Assembly (NCBI GenBank): GCA_012862495.1
Contig: BLSG01000410.1
Coordinates: 49,590 to 89,888 of the forward strand
Origin: Thraustochytrium aureum
Lineage: Eukaryota
Direction of reading: 5' to 3'
Length of the DNA stretch: 40,299 bases
Below the pieces are notes generated by a model, which saw nothing but the letters and a program-made list of their open reading frames with translations, was not told where the DNA came from and did not search any database. Below are positions 20,453 through 32,802 of the stretch, piece after piece; position 1 is the stretch's first letter, and the number at the start of each line of letters is the position of its first letter. The position numbers were made by a program, and so were the translations under genes.

Positions 20453-21608
20453 CTAGCAAGCAAGCAAACACCATCTGCAGGATCACATTGACGAAAGTGA
20501 AGCAAGTCCTGTGATCAGAACAGAAAATACCTCGTGAAGGGTCGGCGGAGAGCTGTCTGGGTGGCTCATGGCGCGATCCCTGGCTACCTGTCTTGTCCAG
20601 GTCCTTGAGGCCTTCGAGCGAGGTGAGGCGTTGGCCTGTGCTATGGCTTGACGGAAGCACTTCGTGAAGCCTGCGCTCTCAGGCTGTTCCTTACCTACAC
20701 TAGTTAGTCCACGAGCGCTTGCGTCGGGCCTCTTCAGGGACAAATGACCACGTTCTCGCGACAAGATGCATGAAGAGGTGCGAGGTCTTGAGATCTGGGG
20801 AAAGTCCTCCACCGCACTAGGCCAACTTGGTGAGGAGTACTCACTCTACCAGTAGAGTACCGTGAACGCCAGTGCTGGGCTGCGTGCTGTGTGCGAGTTG
20901 GAGTGGACTCGATCGATCGATTCTCCGAGTTGCTCCAGCTGCTCCGTTTGGACTGTGCGGGGAAATGTCAGCTGCAGTTGCTCCGATCGGAGCCTCGGCG
21001 TTTGGCCGCGAGGATTGAATGTCAATGGCCGGCCTCAACTGGCACGCGGAGTTGTGCGCAATTTGTTCGCGCAAATGCTGGCTCGTCCCAGTTGGACTTC
21101 CCACCGTGAACGCAATTCCGAGTAGAGCACCACTCAACTTACCTCTGGAGCTAGAGGCAACTCGCCCGGCGTGCGGGCAGACGCGCTGCGAGGATCCCCC
21201 TTTCCGTCCCCGGGGCACCGCTTTCTTCTCCTCGACCCGTACCTTGCTAGCAAGTACAGTGCTCTGCGAGCCTCGGCTGGCCCTTGCGTGCATACGCAAA
21301 GGCATGGCGGTGCGCTGAATTGCGGTCTTGGAGTTGCGACATTCGATTGTGCGTGGTGCAAGTAGGTGCAATTAGGTGCATCGAGTTCTGGCGCAACTTG
21401 TTGGCGGCACCGCGAGGAGCAGGACAGGGCCGCGTAAAACGAGTGCAGGTACCGTGCGCCCTGCGTGATTCTGTTCTGAATTCCTCGCTGCAGCAGACCC
21501 CGAACAACCGCAGCAAACCCGTCAGCAGCAGCTAGCCAGGCTCGACAGCAAGCAGCAGCCGGCCAGCAACTCCGCCAAGCGCCTCGCAGGCGATCCTTCC
21601 AGAGCACA

Positions 21609-23485
21609 ATGGCCCTCGAGTTCCATGACATCAACTACTGGGTGACTCCTGCCAAGCGCAAGGAGCCCCTGCACATCCTCAAGGGCGTGAGCGGGCGCAT
21701 CGAGCCGGGGCGCTTTTACGCCTTCTTGGGGCGGTCTGGGTCCGGGGTAAGTCTGCAGAATGATGGCGCAAGGTTTTTGAGAACGAACGGGGCCCACCCG
21801 GCTAACCTAGTTGCGCGGCATCGCAGAAAACGACTTTGCTCGATCTCCTCGCCAAGCGCAAGCAGGAGGGCGAGTGGTCCGGCAGCATCACCTTTGACGG
21901 CAAGCCCATCGGGTCCGGCAAGGCCTGGAACCGCACCTGCGGGTATGTGCTGCAGCACGACAAGCTGATGACCACGGCCACCGTGTTCGAGACGCTCATG
22001 TTCTCGGCGCAGCTCCGCACCCCGTACGGAACCACGTACGCCGAGCACCTCGCCAAGGTGGATGCCGTTCTCGCCGAGCTCGAGATCGACCACCGGCGCT
22101 CCTCGCGCATCGGGTCTGAAACTGCCCGCAGCCTTTCGGGCGGCGAGGTCCGGCGCGTCTCAATCGGCGTCGAGCTCGTCGCCGACGTCAAGGTCCTGCT
22201 CCTGGACGAGCCCACGAGCGGGCTGGACTCTACGACGGCGCGCGCAATCGTCAAGGTCCTGCAAGACCTCTCGCGCAGGAACAACCGCGTCGTGGCGGCG
22301 ACCATCCACCAACCGTCCTCGTCCATCACAGAGCTCTTCGACGACATGATGCTCTTGGCCGGCGGCCGCGTCTGCTACGCCGGGCCGTGGGCCGACGCGA
22401 TCGACCACTTTGCTGCGCTGGGCTTTCCGTGCCCGACCTACGTCAACCCGAGCGACTACTTCATGGACCTCTCGGCCGACGCGGACAGCGCCGCCAAGAT
22501 GATCGCCGGCGTGCAGCACGCCGCCCTGGCCCCCGCGCCCGCGCACCTCAACCACGACGCCGACACCGACGCGGACGCCGAGGCCGGGCGCTTCCTCACG
22601 CCCTTTTGGTTTCAGTTCCGCTTGCTCTGGGTACGCTCGCTGAAGCAGTGGTACCGGAACGAGCTGATGCTGATCAGCGAGCTGACGCAGTACATTTTTT
22701 GCGGGCTCTTCATCGGCATCATGTACCACTCGTTCAGCGACAACGTCGACTCGGGCACGTTCGACCGGATCTCGGCCGTGTTTTTCGTTCTCACCACCAT
22801 CTGCTTCGTCCCGTCATTCACCGTCATCACGCTGTCCGGCGAAGACAGGCCCCTGTTCAAACGCGAAACCTCGTCGGGCATGTACCGCACGTCGGCCTCG
22901 TTCTTGGCCAAGATGGGCACCGCGTGGCCGTTTGAGATCGCGCTGGGCATCCTGTTTTCGGCCTGCGCCTACTTTCTGTGCGGGTTTCAGACCGACGCCG
23001 GCGTCTTCTTCACGTTTGTCGTGGTGGTGGTGGCCTTTCAGCTCGTCAGCGAAACGATCGGCCTGATGTGCGCGACCGTGACGCCAAACCCGACGATCGG
23101 CGTTCTCCTTCTTTCGATCGTGCTTCTTGTCTGCTTGGCGCTCGGCGGGTTCTTGGTCTCGGAGCCCAAGTCGTACTACACCTGGTTCGAGCACATCAAC
23201 TTTTTCGTGTTTGCCTACACTGCAATGTCGCTCAACGAGTTTAGCGGCCTTGTTCTGTACGACAATGAGGGCAACGCGGTCGATGGGGTCCAGGTGCTGC
23301 GGGACGCGGGCCGCCTTCGCAACAACCTGTCGGTCTGGGAGAACGTGGCCGTTCTCGTTGGGATTCTTGTCGTGGTTCGCACCGGGAGCTTTCTCGTGCT
23401 CGAGCGCCGCCTCAAGGCGTCTTCCCTCAAGCGCTCCAAGGTGCAGCCGGGCGCCCAGTCGTCCGGGAAGCTGGAGAACGTCTAG
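21609..23485 (+). CDS. ABCG (White-type) half transporter, NBD-TMD; intron 21747-21826
   Basis: Walker A GRSGSG|KTT is split by GTAAGT...CTAAC...CAG. Also LSGGEVRRVSIG, LLLDEPTSGLDS, TIHQP, NPSDY and about six TM helices. Confidence 0.96.
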
Positions 23486-23603
23486 GCGGAGAAGCGCGAC
23501 GGAGGCCCCCGGGCGTGTACTAGCATATGGAGAGAAAACCTCAGACAACGACCACCGCTTTTTGTTGATTGAAATCTACCTTTCCAGTCCGCTCGCATTT
23601 TGG

Positions 23604-24272
23604 CTACTTGTCGTCATCGCTGCTTGCGTTGTCGTAGGCCACGACAAACGCGACGACGCGGCGCTCCTCTGTGTTCAGCAGGTTGAATGTCGAACAAGCG
23701 TGGTAAGTCGAGCAAATCTCGACAGGCGCGATGCTGCGCAGCTTCCTGACGAGGTCCTCGTCCAACATTTGCGTGTACTCGCCGGTACCGATGAGCAAAA
23801 GCTCTGGCGGCGGCTGAACGATCGATGCTACAGCAAAGTGCTCGAACGAGAGGGCTGTGCTTTCGTCTGCCTTCCACCCAAGCGAAAAGTCGGGAAACAG
23901 CACCGCGGACCCGTGGAGGTAGCCTTCGCTCAGGAAAAAGCCGTACGACCCAATCCCGCGCACATTGACCTTGCTGCGATTCTCGGCCCTGGACATCTCG
24001 ATCGCAAACGCGTACTGGTCGATCTTGTTCTGCCCTTTGTCCGGGTGAATAATCATCTCCACCTCCTTGACCTCCTCCTCGGAGAGGTTGTCCGCCGCGC
24101 TGTCCAGCTTGGCGCGCCCTCCAAGCGCCGTATCGACCACGCCTGGCGCGGGCGGCGACATGGCCGCCCTCTTCTTCTTGCTCGAGAGCCCGCGCGTCCA
24201 CCCCGCAGGCCGCACGCCAGCCCGCTGCGCGCGGCCGTACCGCAGCGCAGCGCGACAGACCAGCGAGGCCAT
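23604..24272 (-). CDS. NDUFAF3: NDUFAF3 / Mth938-domain protein with mitochondrial-type presequence
   Basis: Arg-rich N-terminus MASLVCRAALRYGRAQR; PPPELLLIGTG and ACSTFNLLNTEERRVVA are typical of the Mth938/NDUFAF3 domain. Confidence 0.85.
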   Translation of the reverse strand: MASLVCRAALRYGRAQRAGVRPAGWTRGLSSKKKRAAMSPPAPGVVDTALGGRAKLDSAADNLSEEEVKEVEMIIHPDKGQNKIDQYAFAIEMSRAENRSKVNVRGIGSYGFFLSEGYLHGSAVLFPDFSLGWKADESTALSFEHFAVASIVQPPPELLLIGTGEYTQMLDEDLVRKLRSIAPVEICSTYHACSTFNLLNTEERRVVAFVVAYDNASSDDDK

Positions 24273-25388
24273 CAGGCGCGCCACTTGCCGCGACCTCGAG
24301 ATCGCCACGCACGCACGCACGCACGCACGCCAGCCAGCAGCAAGCAAGCAAGCAAACGCGAGCGCAACAAGAAGGCCGCTTGGCTCAAAAGTCAGAGCTC
24401 TGCGACGGCGTCAAGAGCATCGCCGAGTGAGCAGCGGCGTGGCGGTGGTGGTACACCGTGGTGGTGGGCTTCATTCACCTCTGCAATTCGGCGTTTCGTC
24501 ACCTTGGCGCCTATCATTTGCGGCTCCCGGCGACATTGGACACCGGCGAGCTCCAGGACGCCCGCCAAATGCTCAACTGGATGGACGGCTCGAGTGGGTT
24601 GCTGCGCGTGACCACCGGCGCGCGCGCCTGCCGCGACGGCTTGGCGCACGCCGGGTCTGCTGGCGGTCTGCAGCGGGACGCTCGAGCCCGACGACGAGGG
24701 TCAACGCGACGGGTCTCGGGGGACGGTGATGAGGAGGAGCGAGCTCTGGCGAGGATTGCCGAGGGAATGCAAGCCGTTTCATGTCGANNNNNNNNNNNNN
24801 NNNNNNNNNNNNNNNNNNNNNNNNNNNNNNNNNNNNNNNNNNNNNNNNNNNNNNNNNNNNNNNNNNNNNNNNNNNNNNNNNNNNNNNNNNNNNNNNNNNN
24901 NNNNNNNNNNNNNNNNNNNNNNNNNNNNNNNNNNNNNNNNNNNNNNNNNNNNNNNNNNNNNNNNNNNNNNNNNNNNNNNNNNNNNNNNNNNNNNNNNNNN
25001 NNNNNNNNNNNNNNNNNNNNNNNNNNNNNNNNNNNNNNNNNNNNNNNNNNNNNNNNNNNNNNNNNNNNNNNNNNNNNNNNNNNNNNNNNNNNNNNNNNNN
25101 NNNNNNNNNNNNNNNNNNNNNNNNNNNNNNNNNNNNNNNNNNNNNNNNNNNNNNNNNNNNNNNNNNNNNNNNNNNNNNNNNNNNNNNNNNNNNNNNNNNN
25201 NNNNNNNNNNNNNNNNNNNNNNNNNNNNNNNNNNNNNNNNNNNNNNNNNNNNNNNNNNNNNNNNNNNNNNNNNNNNNNNNNNNNNNNNNNNNNNNNNNNN
25301 NNNNNNNNNNNNNNNNNNNNNNNNNNNNNNNNNNNNNNNNNNNNNNNNNNNNNNNNNNNNNNNNNNNNNNNNNNNNNNNNNNNNNNNN

Positions 25389-26741
25389 GTATGCCGAAAC
25401 TGGAGGCGCGCCTGGAGGCGGTTGTGGCGCAGATGGTTGACGCGCCTTCATCGCGGCGAGTAGCGCCGAGGCAACGACGCCGTCGAGAGGCTGGGCGCTT
25501 GGCGCCGACGCAGCGGCGCGCTCTGCGGTTGCGCGCATTGCCTCCGCCTGGCGCTGTCGCTCCTCTGCCTCCGCGATGGCACGTTCGCGCTCCAGGCGCC
25601 GCTCCTCGGCCGCGCGCTTGCGCCGCTGGAGCGACTCGTCAAAGAGCTGGCGGGCTAGAACGCGCGCCCGCTTGCGCGAGGCGACGCATTTGGCCTGCAC
25701 CGCCCGGCACTCCTCCACGAGCTCGCTCGACCTGTCCATCACAGCGATGATCCGCTCGGTCAGGACCTCGTCCCGCGCGGCCGCGCGCTTGGTGCGCCGC
25801 AGGCACTCTTCCAAGAGCGCCTCCGTTCCTGCAAAGTGGATCTGCAGCGTCTCGCGCGTCTTGACCACTTCCCAGCCTTCCTCCAGCGGGGCGACGGTCT
25901 CCGCGGCCTGCGAGGCGTCGCCGCCGTCGCCGAGGCCCTCTGCTTTCTCAAACTTGCGCACCCTGTCCTTGACGCGCTCAACCTTCTCCCCCAGCAGATC
26001 GTCTGTAATGCCCTCAAACTCGGCCTCGTCGATTGCTGTGAGCAGCGCCCTCGAGTCGGGGTCAGCGATCTCGTCTGCATCCAGCTGCGAACTCGCTCCG
26101 ATCAGCTTTGTGACCTGCTGGTGAAGGTCAAGCTCCGGCGCCTCGCCCTCCTCGTCAGAAGAGGCGAGCTCAGCAGTCCTTTCCTCGTCCAGGACATCCC
26201 CGTGCTCGGATGCTGCGGCTTCCTTGGCCGCGCGCACCGCTTCCGCGGCCTCGGCCGCGGCTCGGGCTGCAGAGGTGTCGCCGGTAGCGGCGGGCCCAGG
26301 CCCTGGTTTGGCAGCGGGCTCCGCTAGGTCGTCGATCTTGGCCCCGCGCGATTCCAGCGCAGCCTCCACTGCAGCTTGCTGCCGCGCGTTCAGGACGGAC
26401 CGCTCCCGCCAGATCGAAACGGTGCGCTGGAGCCGCGCCATCATCTTTGAGTCGCCGCCTCGCGCGGCGAGCCCGATGGCGCGCACGAGCGCCGGCGCAA
26501 ACGCATCCACAAAGTGCTGCCCGTGCACGCGCCTCGTGGTCTGCACGACGTCGTTGGCCACATACAACAGCAGCAGCCTGTTCGCGACGTCGCGCTTAAA
26601 CTGGTCGCTCCACAGGCCCACGCACTGCTCAGCGTGCTCCCGTCGTTCCGCGATCCATCTCGACAGCCCCGTGATGGACGCCTGCGAGTTGTCCAGCCGG
26701 CTCATCAGCGCCAGCAACTCGGTGCTTGAAAACGGCGCCAT
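25389..26741 (-). CDS. CTD-interacting domain (CID/RPR) protein, RPRD1/Rtt103-like; 3' end in gap
   Basis: N-terminal LDNSQASITGLSRW...LLLLYVANDVVQ...RTVSIWRERSV, followed by a coiled coil and a Pro-rich region. Confidence 0.88.
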
Positions 26742-27464
26742 GACCGCGACTGCGAAGTCGCCCCAGAGCTCCCTGGGCCCACCTCGGCCGGCCAGCAGCC
26801 CTGGGCCAAGCAGAGCGGCCTCTACGACGACAAGCCAGCAGCCCCAGCCGGCGTCCGTCTGCGGGCTCGCGAGCGCTTGCGAGGAAGCCCGGCCGGCCTC
26901 AAAGGCCTCCGCGAAATGGGCGAGTAAAAACGCCGCGAATCCACGAAAATGCCACCGATCCACGAGCCGATCGGACGCGCGCGCGAGCGCCGCCCGCCCC
27001 GAACACCCGCCCGCCCGCCCCGCACTCCGAGCCTGACTCAACTGCGCAGCTACTCGCCCGCCGCGCGCGGTCTCCGGCCGATCCGCTGTTGGCCTCGCAG
27101 CCCGATGTCGCTCTGCTCCATCCAGAACGAGATCCCTGGCCTGATCCGAACTGATCCGATCCAGCCCGGGCAAGTGCGTGCAAGTGCGTGCGCGCGTGCG
27201 GGCGGGCGGGCGTGTGGGCTAGCGGGAGGGCGCTGCTGTCGCTCTGGGTCGTGCTGCTCGCGTGGTTTGTGGGAGGCTTGGGGCTTGATTTGATAGATTT
27301 GGGCCGGATTAGATCGACCGCGCGCGCGCGCTCCCATCCTCTCCTCCCCCTCCCTCCGCACCACGCGGGCCGGGCGAGGTCGACGGCGGCGGTAGCGGTG
27401 GAAGCTGCTCGGGAGGCGTCGGGTTGGGCCGCGGACGCAGGGGCGCGAGGCGGGGCAGCCTGCG

Positions 27465-27967
27465 ATGTTTACTCAGGGGTTCAACGAGTTTGGGTTTGGG
27501 GCGCCCCCAAGGCCCCTTCGTGGAGATGTACCGCGTGTACAGCATGACGATGCACAACAAGGAGGACAAAGAGGGCGGGGACAAGATCATCCTGCCGAGC
27601 TCGGCGTTCGAAAAGCTGGCGAGGATGCACATCACCTACCCGATTCAGTTTGAGCTCCGCAACGACTCGGGCGCGGACCTGAGCAGCGACGCCGGCTCCA
27701 GGGAGCTCCGCACGCACGTCGGCGTGCTCGAGTTTACCGCGCCAGAGGGCAAGTGCTTTGTGCCGTACTGGATCATGCAAAACCTCCTGCTGCTCGAGGG
27801 CAGCTTTGTGCACGTCAAGAACGTGACGCTGCCGCTTGCCCAGTTCATAAAGTTCCGGCCACAGAGCGAGGACTTTCTGGAGATCTCAAACCCGAAGGCC
27901 GTCCTCGAGAGCACGCTCCGCAACTTTAGCTGCGTGACCAAGAGCGACACGATCTGCCTGCCGTACA
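27465..27967 (+). CDS. UFD1: Ubiquitin fusion degradation protein 1 (p97 cofactor), 5' part; frame break at C5 27504-27508; rest in gap
   Basis: GDKIILPSSA, THVGVLEFTAPEG, VPYWIMQNL and DFLEISNPKAVLESTLRNFSC. The N-terminus MFTQGFNEFGFGA joins PQGPFVEMYRVYS if one C is removed. Confidence 0.95.
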
Positions 27968-28759
27968 NNNNNNNNNNNNNNNNNNNNNNNNNNNNNNNNN
28001 NNNNNNNNNNNNNNNNNNNNNNNNNNNNNNNNNNNNNNNNNNNNNNNNNNNNNNNNNNNNNNNNNNNNNNNNNNNNNNNNNNNNNNNNNNNNNNNNNNNN
28101 NNNNNNNNNNNNNNNNNNNNNNNNNNNNNNNNNNNNNNNNNNNNNNNNNNNNNNNNNNNNNNNNNNNNNNNNNNNNNNNNNNNNNNNNNNNNNNNNNNNN
28201 NNNNNNNNNNNNNNNNNNNNNNNNNNNNNNNNNNNNNNNNNNNNNNNNNNNNNNNNNNNNNNNNNNNNNNNNNNNNNNNNNNNNNNNNNNNNNNNNNNNN
28301 NNNNNNNNNNNNNNNNNNNNNNNNNNNNNNNNNNNNNNNNNNNNNNNNNNNNNNNNNNNNNNNNNNNNNNNNNNNNNNNNNNNNNNNNNNNNNNNNNNNN
28401 NNNNNNNNNNNNNNNNNNNNNNNNNNNNNNNNNNNNNNNNNNNNNNNNNNNNNNNNNNNNNNNNNNNNNNNNNNNNNNNNNNNNNNNNNNNNNNNNNNNN
28501 NNNNNNNNNNNNNNNNNNNNNNNNNNNNNNNNNNNNNNNNNNNNNNNNNNNNNNNNNNNNNNNNNNNNNNNNNNNNNNNNNNNNNNNNNNNNNNNNNNNN
28601 NNNCCTTGCATAATTGCATGTAGTAACAGCAGTCGCGAGGAGGTCTACAAACATTCCACCCACCTTTTGACTACGGATCTTTTCTATCGCTAAGGTACTT
28701 GCAGAGCGAGCCCAGGACTCGGCCGACTTGGCGACGCTCTCCTTCGGCATTGCGGCGAA

Positions 28760-29720
28760 TCAGCGCTCGGCGCGCGCAGGCTGGTTGGGTAACCTCTCCT
28801 CAGCCCCAGCTCCGCCAAAACCGAGCAAGCTCTGCAGCGTGGAGATCGGGTGTAGGACGGCGCCCACGCCAATCGACACCAGGTGTGCAATGGTCCCCGC
28901 GCCGGATATTGTAAGCGAGATTGAGCTGTGGAAGAGCCGCTCCAAGATGCCGTCTTCGCTCGAGTCGTGCGAGGTCAAGTCCTGCGAGCGCGGTTGCCAG
29001 GTTCGCAGCGAGGGTCAGCAGGCGCCGCGCGCGAGCCTGCGTCAGCCACGGGACGGCGAGCCGTGCACTTACCTGCATTTGCTCCTGGATCTTGCCCATA
29101 AAGCTGTAATAGTCAACCTCGCGGCTCTCGAGCTGCTTGTTCACCTTCAAGTGCACCTCTTTAATCATGTCGGACTTGAAGCTCTGAAAAGTCTCCTTGA
29201 TCTGCTTTTCCTTCACGCTCACAACGTCCTCGAAGCCCTGCATGCGAGTTTCGAGCTCGAGAACGCTGTGGCTAACCGCCTCGATGCGGCCTTGCAGAGA
29301 TTGGCGCACGCTGAGAAACTTTGACTGAAGGGAAGTGTAGCGCTGCGGCAGATCGGGCCTTGTCAGCGTGCTGCGCGTCGCACCCCGCGTGGCCAGTCGC
29401 CACGTGCGGGGGTGGGGGGCAAACATCAAACTTACTTCTTCAGTCTTTGCAAACTCTTTGTACAGCCGATGGAGGTGTTTTTTGTTGGTAGAGGCGTCAG
29501 CAGGGCCTAGGTCCTCGACCTGTTCTGCCTCGACTGGCTCTGCGCGAGCCTTTGGGAGGTTCCACGAGTCCTTGGGAATGCCCCACTCTGCAAGCTTGCG
29601 ACGCAAGTGCTCTTGCATCGCGTCGGCAGCCTGCTCGCCGCTTCCGCCAGCAGAAGTTTGGTCGTCGGCTGGCAAAGCCCGAGAGGCTACTATTTCGGCC
29701 ACGGGCGCCCCTAGCGCCAT
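28760..29720 (-). CDS. Hypothetical coiled-coil protein with C-terminal hydrophobic/amphipathic segment; introns 29343-29435 and 28982-29072
   Basis: Two GTAAGT...CTGAC...CAG introns join three coding-like exons in frame. The middle exon has a heptad pattern. Confidence 0.7.
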
Positions 29721-29919
29721 GAAGTCGGCGTCGGCACCAACAAACTCGCCTTGCTCGGCAACTGCCACGAAGTCGGATTGACGGCTCGGGGAGACTCGCT
29801 CGTCCTTTGGAAAGAACCAGCCCGAAGGGATTCTCTGTTAGCGATCGCGCTCCCGGCAGTCTACTCGCGCAAAAGGAGGAGAGACCTCCAAGCCCACGGC
29901 CTTGGGCGACGACGTTGCA

Positions 29920-30019
29920 GCCCAAAAGTCCAAAAGTGCAAAAGCCCAAACGAGCCCAAAAGTGCAAAAGCCCAAACGAGCCCAAACGAGCCCAAACGCG
30001 CAAAAGCCCAAATGTGCAA
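29920..30019. repeat. Imperfect tandem repeat of GCCCAAA(CGA/AGTGCAAAA) units
   Basis: About 6 GCCCAAA copies within 100 bp, upstream of the 29720 gene. Confidence 0.8.
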
Positions 30020-30194
30020 TCAAACTTACCACTGATGACCGGCGGCGCGAGATTCGTCCACCTCGCGGCGAGGACGGCGGCGAGGTCTTGCTCTTCAGCA
30101 TCGACGCCTTCGGGCTGCCATGCCGGGGGGAATCGCGTCCTTCCAGCCGACGTGTGGATTGGGCAGAAGAGAAGCGTGCGCGCGCCAAGTGTCC

Positions 30195-30254
30195 ATCAAC
30201 ATCAACATCATCCTCATCAACATCATCATCCTCGTCAACTTCCTCGTCCTCATC
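30195..30254. repeat. (CAT/CAA/CCT)n microsatellite running into a gap
   Basis: Read directly. Confidence 0.85.
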
Positions 30255-31203
30255 NNNNNNNNNNNNNNNNNNNNNNNNNNNNNNNNNNNNNNNNNNNNNN
30301 NNNNNNNNNNNNNNNNNNNNNNNNNNNNNNNNNNNNNNNNNNNNNNNNNNNNNNNNNNNNNNNNNNNNNNNNNNNNNNNNNNNNNNNNNNNNNNNNNNNN
30401 NNNNNNNNNNNNNNNNNNNNNNNNNNNNNNNNNNNNNNNNNNNNNNNNNNNNNNNNNNNNNNNNNNNNNNNNNNNNNNNNNNNNNNNNNNNNNNNNNNNN
30501 NNNNNNNNNNNNNNNNNNNNNNNNNNNNNNNNNNNNNNNNNNNNNNNNNNNNNNNNNNNNNNNNNNNNNNNNNNNNNNNNNNNNNNNNNNNNNNNNNNNN
30601 NNNNNNNNNNNNNNNNNNNNNNNNNNNNNNNNNNNNNNNNNNNNNNNNNNNNNNNNNNNNNNNNNNNNNNNNNNNNNNNNNNNNNNNNNNNNNNNNNNNN
30701 NNNNNNNNNNNNNNNNNNNNNNNNNNNNNNNNNNNNNNNNNNNNNNNNNNNNNNNNNNNNNNNNNNNNNNNNNNNNNNNNNNNNNNNNNNNNNNNNNNNN
30801 NNNNNNNNNNNNNNNNNNNNNNNNNNNNNNNNNNNNNNNNNNNNNNNNNNNNNNNNNNNNNNNNNNNNNNNNNNNNNNNNNNNNNNNNNNNNNNNNNNNN
30901 NNNNNNNNNNNNNNNNNNNNNNNNNNNNNNNNNNNNNNNNGATCCCCAACGCATCAGCGGCGGCGGCGGCGGCGACGGCAGCGGCGACGGCATCTTGAGG
31001 GTACCGGCTTGGCGTAGCGCGCTCGGCGTCGGCCTTGTTTGCTGCGGCGCGGCGCTCGGCGAGGAGGGGCGTGTTGTCCTCGCGCTGCAAGGTTGACTAC
31101 AAGGTTGACGTCAAGGGTGGTCGCCGCCCGTACAAAGGCCTCCTGACGCTCGCGGGGACGACGGAGACGGAGCAGGGCAACCTGACGAGTGCCGCGGAGA
31201 AGG

Positions 31204-32580
31204 ATGAGCGAACTGGACCCCACCTCGGAAGCGCTGCTGGTGTTTACGGAGTTTGGCACGCCGGTAACCAAACGGGTCGACTTTGATGCGGTGATTGGAG
31301 GAAGCATCTCGCACGAGGCCCGCGAGCTGCTGCGCGTGGCTACGCAGCACAGAGAGACGCTGCTGGACGCCCTTGACAACAGCGGGCACAAGGTCGACCC
31401 CCGCAATGTGGTGGGGGGCGTGGAGAACTACCTCCCGTACGTGTACAAGATCACGCACAGCATGGAGCAGAGCGCGACGGCGCAAATCAAGCTCAACAAG
31501 CCGCTCGAGTTCTCCTGGACCTCGACGCTGGTGAAGAAGGCTAGGCAGAAGAAGGAGCACAAGTGCGGCGTGCTCGTGTACGAGGTTTGCTTCATCCTGA
31601 CCATCCAGGCACTGGCCCACTACAACACGGCCAAGTTTCTCCTGGCCCCGAACCAAACGAGCCGCGTGTCCAACTTGGTCGCCGCGGCCAAGGAGCTCCG
31701 CAAAGGCGCGGGAATCCTCGAGTTCGTGGCGCAGTTCCTGCTCCCGCGCTGGGTGTCGCCCCCCGACTCGCGCCCGCCGGAGGTGATGATTCCCGTCGCG
31801 AGCGCGTTGTCGGGCCTGTTTTTGTGCATGGCGCAGCGCATCAGCGTGGTGCAAGCGCTGCAGAAGAAATCGCCGCCCTCAGTAGTGGCCAAGCTCCTCT
31901 TGGGGCTCGCGGAGCGCTACAACGTGATCAACGACAGCCTGCGGCGCCTCAACGCGCCGACGTACGAGAGTTTGTTCGAGCCCGTCGTGGACGAGCCGCC
32001 CATGATGGCGGCTGTGTGCTACTCGCTCGGGCTCCGGTACCTGGGTCAGGCGGCGCGGACCAAGGAGGAGCCCGGGACGGCGGTGGCGTTCCTCCGCTTC
32101 GCCTCGGAGAACGTCATGAAGGTCACCTACACGCCAGCCATGGCCGAGCTTTACGCGGCCAAGGTGGACGCAGCGCGCCGCAGCATCGACGAGGTCTACT
32201 ACGAGTACAAGGCGGACAACGAGTCGGTCTACTTTGAGGGCGTGCCAACGCGCGACCGCCTCGAGATCCCGGCGGGCAGCTTTATCGTCAAGCCCGAAGA
32301 CTACAGCCTGCCGGACGTGGACGCCGTCTCTTTCGCCTCGCAGCAGGTCGAGGGCGAGGCGCAAGCTGCTCGGGCCACCTCGCCGCCCCCGGAGAAGCGG
32401 AAGAGCCTCTCGAGCTGGTTCGGTCTTGGCGGGTCTGGCAAGCCGGCAGCCGGGCCTGCTGCGGGGGCTGCGGGCGGCAAGCTCGCGGCGCCTCCGGGTT
32501 ACGATGCCGAGGTTTTTGACAACCTGCCGGAGGACATCCAGAGGGAGGTCGTCGAGCAGTACCGCGCGGAGAACAAGTAG
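31204..32580 (+). CDS. BRO1-domain protein (BROX-like) with C-terminal ubiquitin-binding UBM-like motif
   Basis: YLPY, LEFSWTSTL, YEVCFIL, LRKGAGILEF, PGTAVAFLR and DNESVYFEGVP are BRO1 motifs. The tail GYDAEVFDNLPEDIQREVVEQY is UBM-like. Confidence 0.88.
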   Translation: MSELDPTSEALLVFTEFGTPVTKRVDFDAVIGGSISHEARELLRVATQHRETLLDALDNSGHKVDPRNVVGGVENYLPYVYKITHSMEQSATAQIKLNKPLEFSWTSTLVKKARQKKEHKCGVLVYEVCFILTIQALAHYNTAKFLLAPNQTSRVSNLVAAAKELRKGAGILEFVAQFLLPRWVSPPDSRPPEVMIPVASALSGLFLCMAQRISVVQALQKKSPPSVVAKLLLGLAERYNVINDSLRRLNAPTYESLFEPVVDEPPMMAAVCYSLGLRYLGQAARTKEEPGTAVAFLRFASENVMKVTYTPAMAELYAAKVDAARRSIDEVYYEYKADNESVYFEGVPTRDRLEIPAGSFIVKPEDYSLPDVDAVSFASQQVEGEAQAARATSPPPEKRKSLSSWFGLGGSGKPAAGPAAGAAGGKLAAPPGYDAEVFDNLPEDIQREVVEQYRAENK

Positions 32581-32784
32581 AGAAGAGGCACACCGTAAAT
32601 CATTTCTTCTAGATACCTAGCTCTGGAGGCAAGGCGCAGAGGCGCCAGTTCAGATGGATGGAGCATGATGGCGACAAGCTGTACGCGATGTGGTTCCAGT
32701 CGGCGGGAACCATCGCCGTGGTCGCGCGCGGAGAACAAGTAGTAGAGGAAGAGAGGCAAACCGAAAATCATTTCTTCGAGCTAC
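32563..32784. repeat. Degenerate tandem duplication of the BRO1 / multi-BAF convergent junction
   Basis: CGCGCGGAGAACAAGTAG...ATCATTTCTTC occurs at 32563 and 32725. 32652-32722 is a deleted copy of 32805-32980. Confidence 0.8.
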
Positions 32785-32802
32785 GTTGGCGCGGAGGCGC
32801 CT

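Noticed and set aside
24458..24787. Possible + strand exon before the gap (…QMLNWMDGSSGLL…)
   Set aside because: No recognisable motif and truncated by the gap; cannot be supported as a gene.
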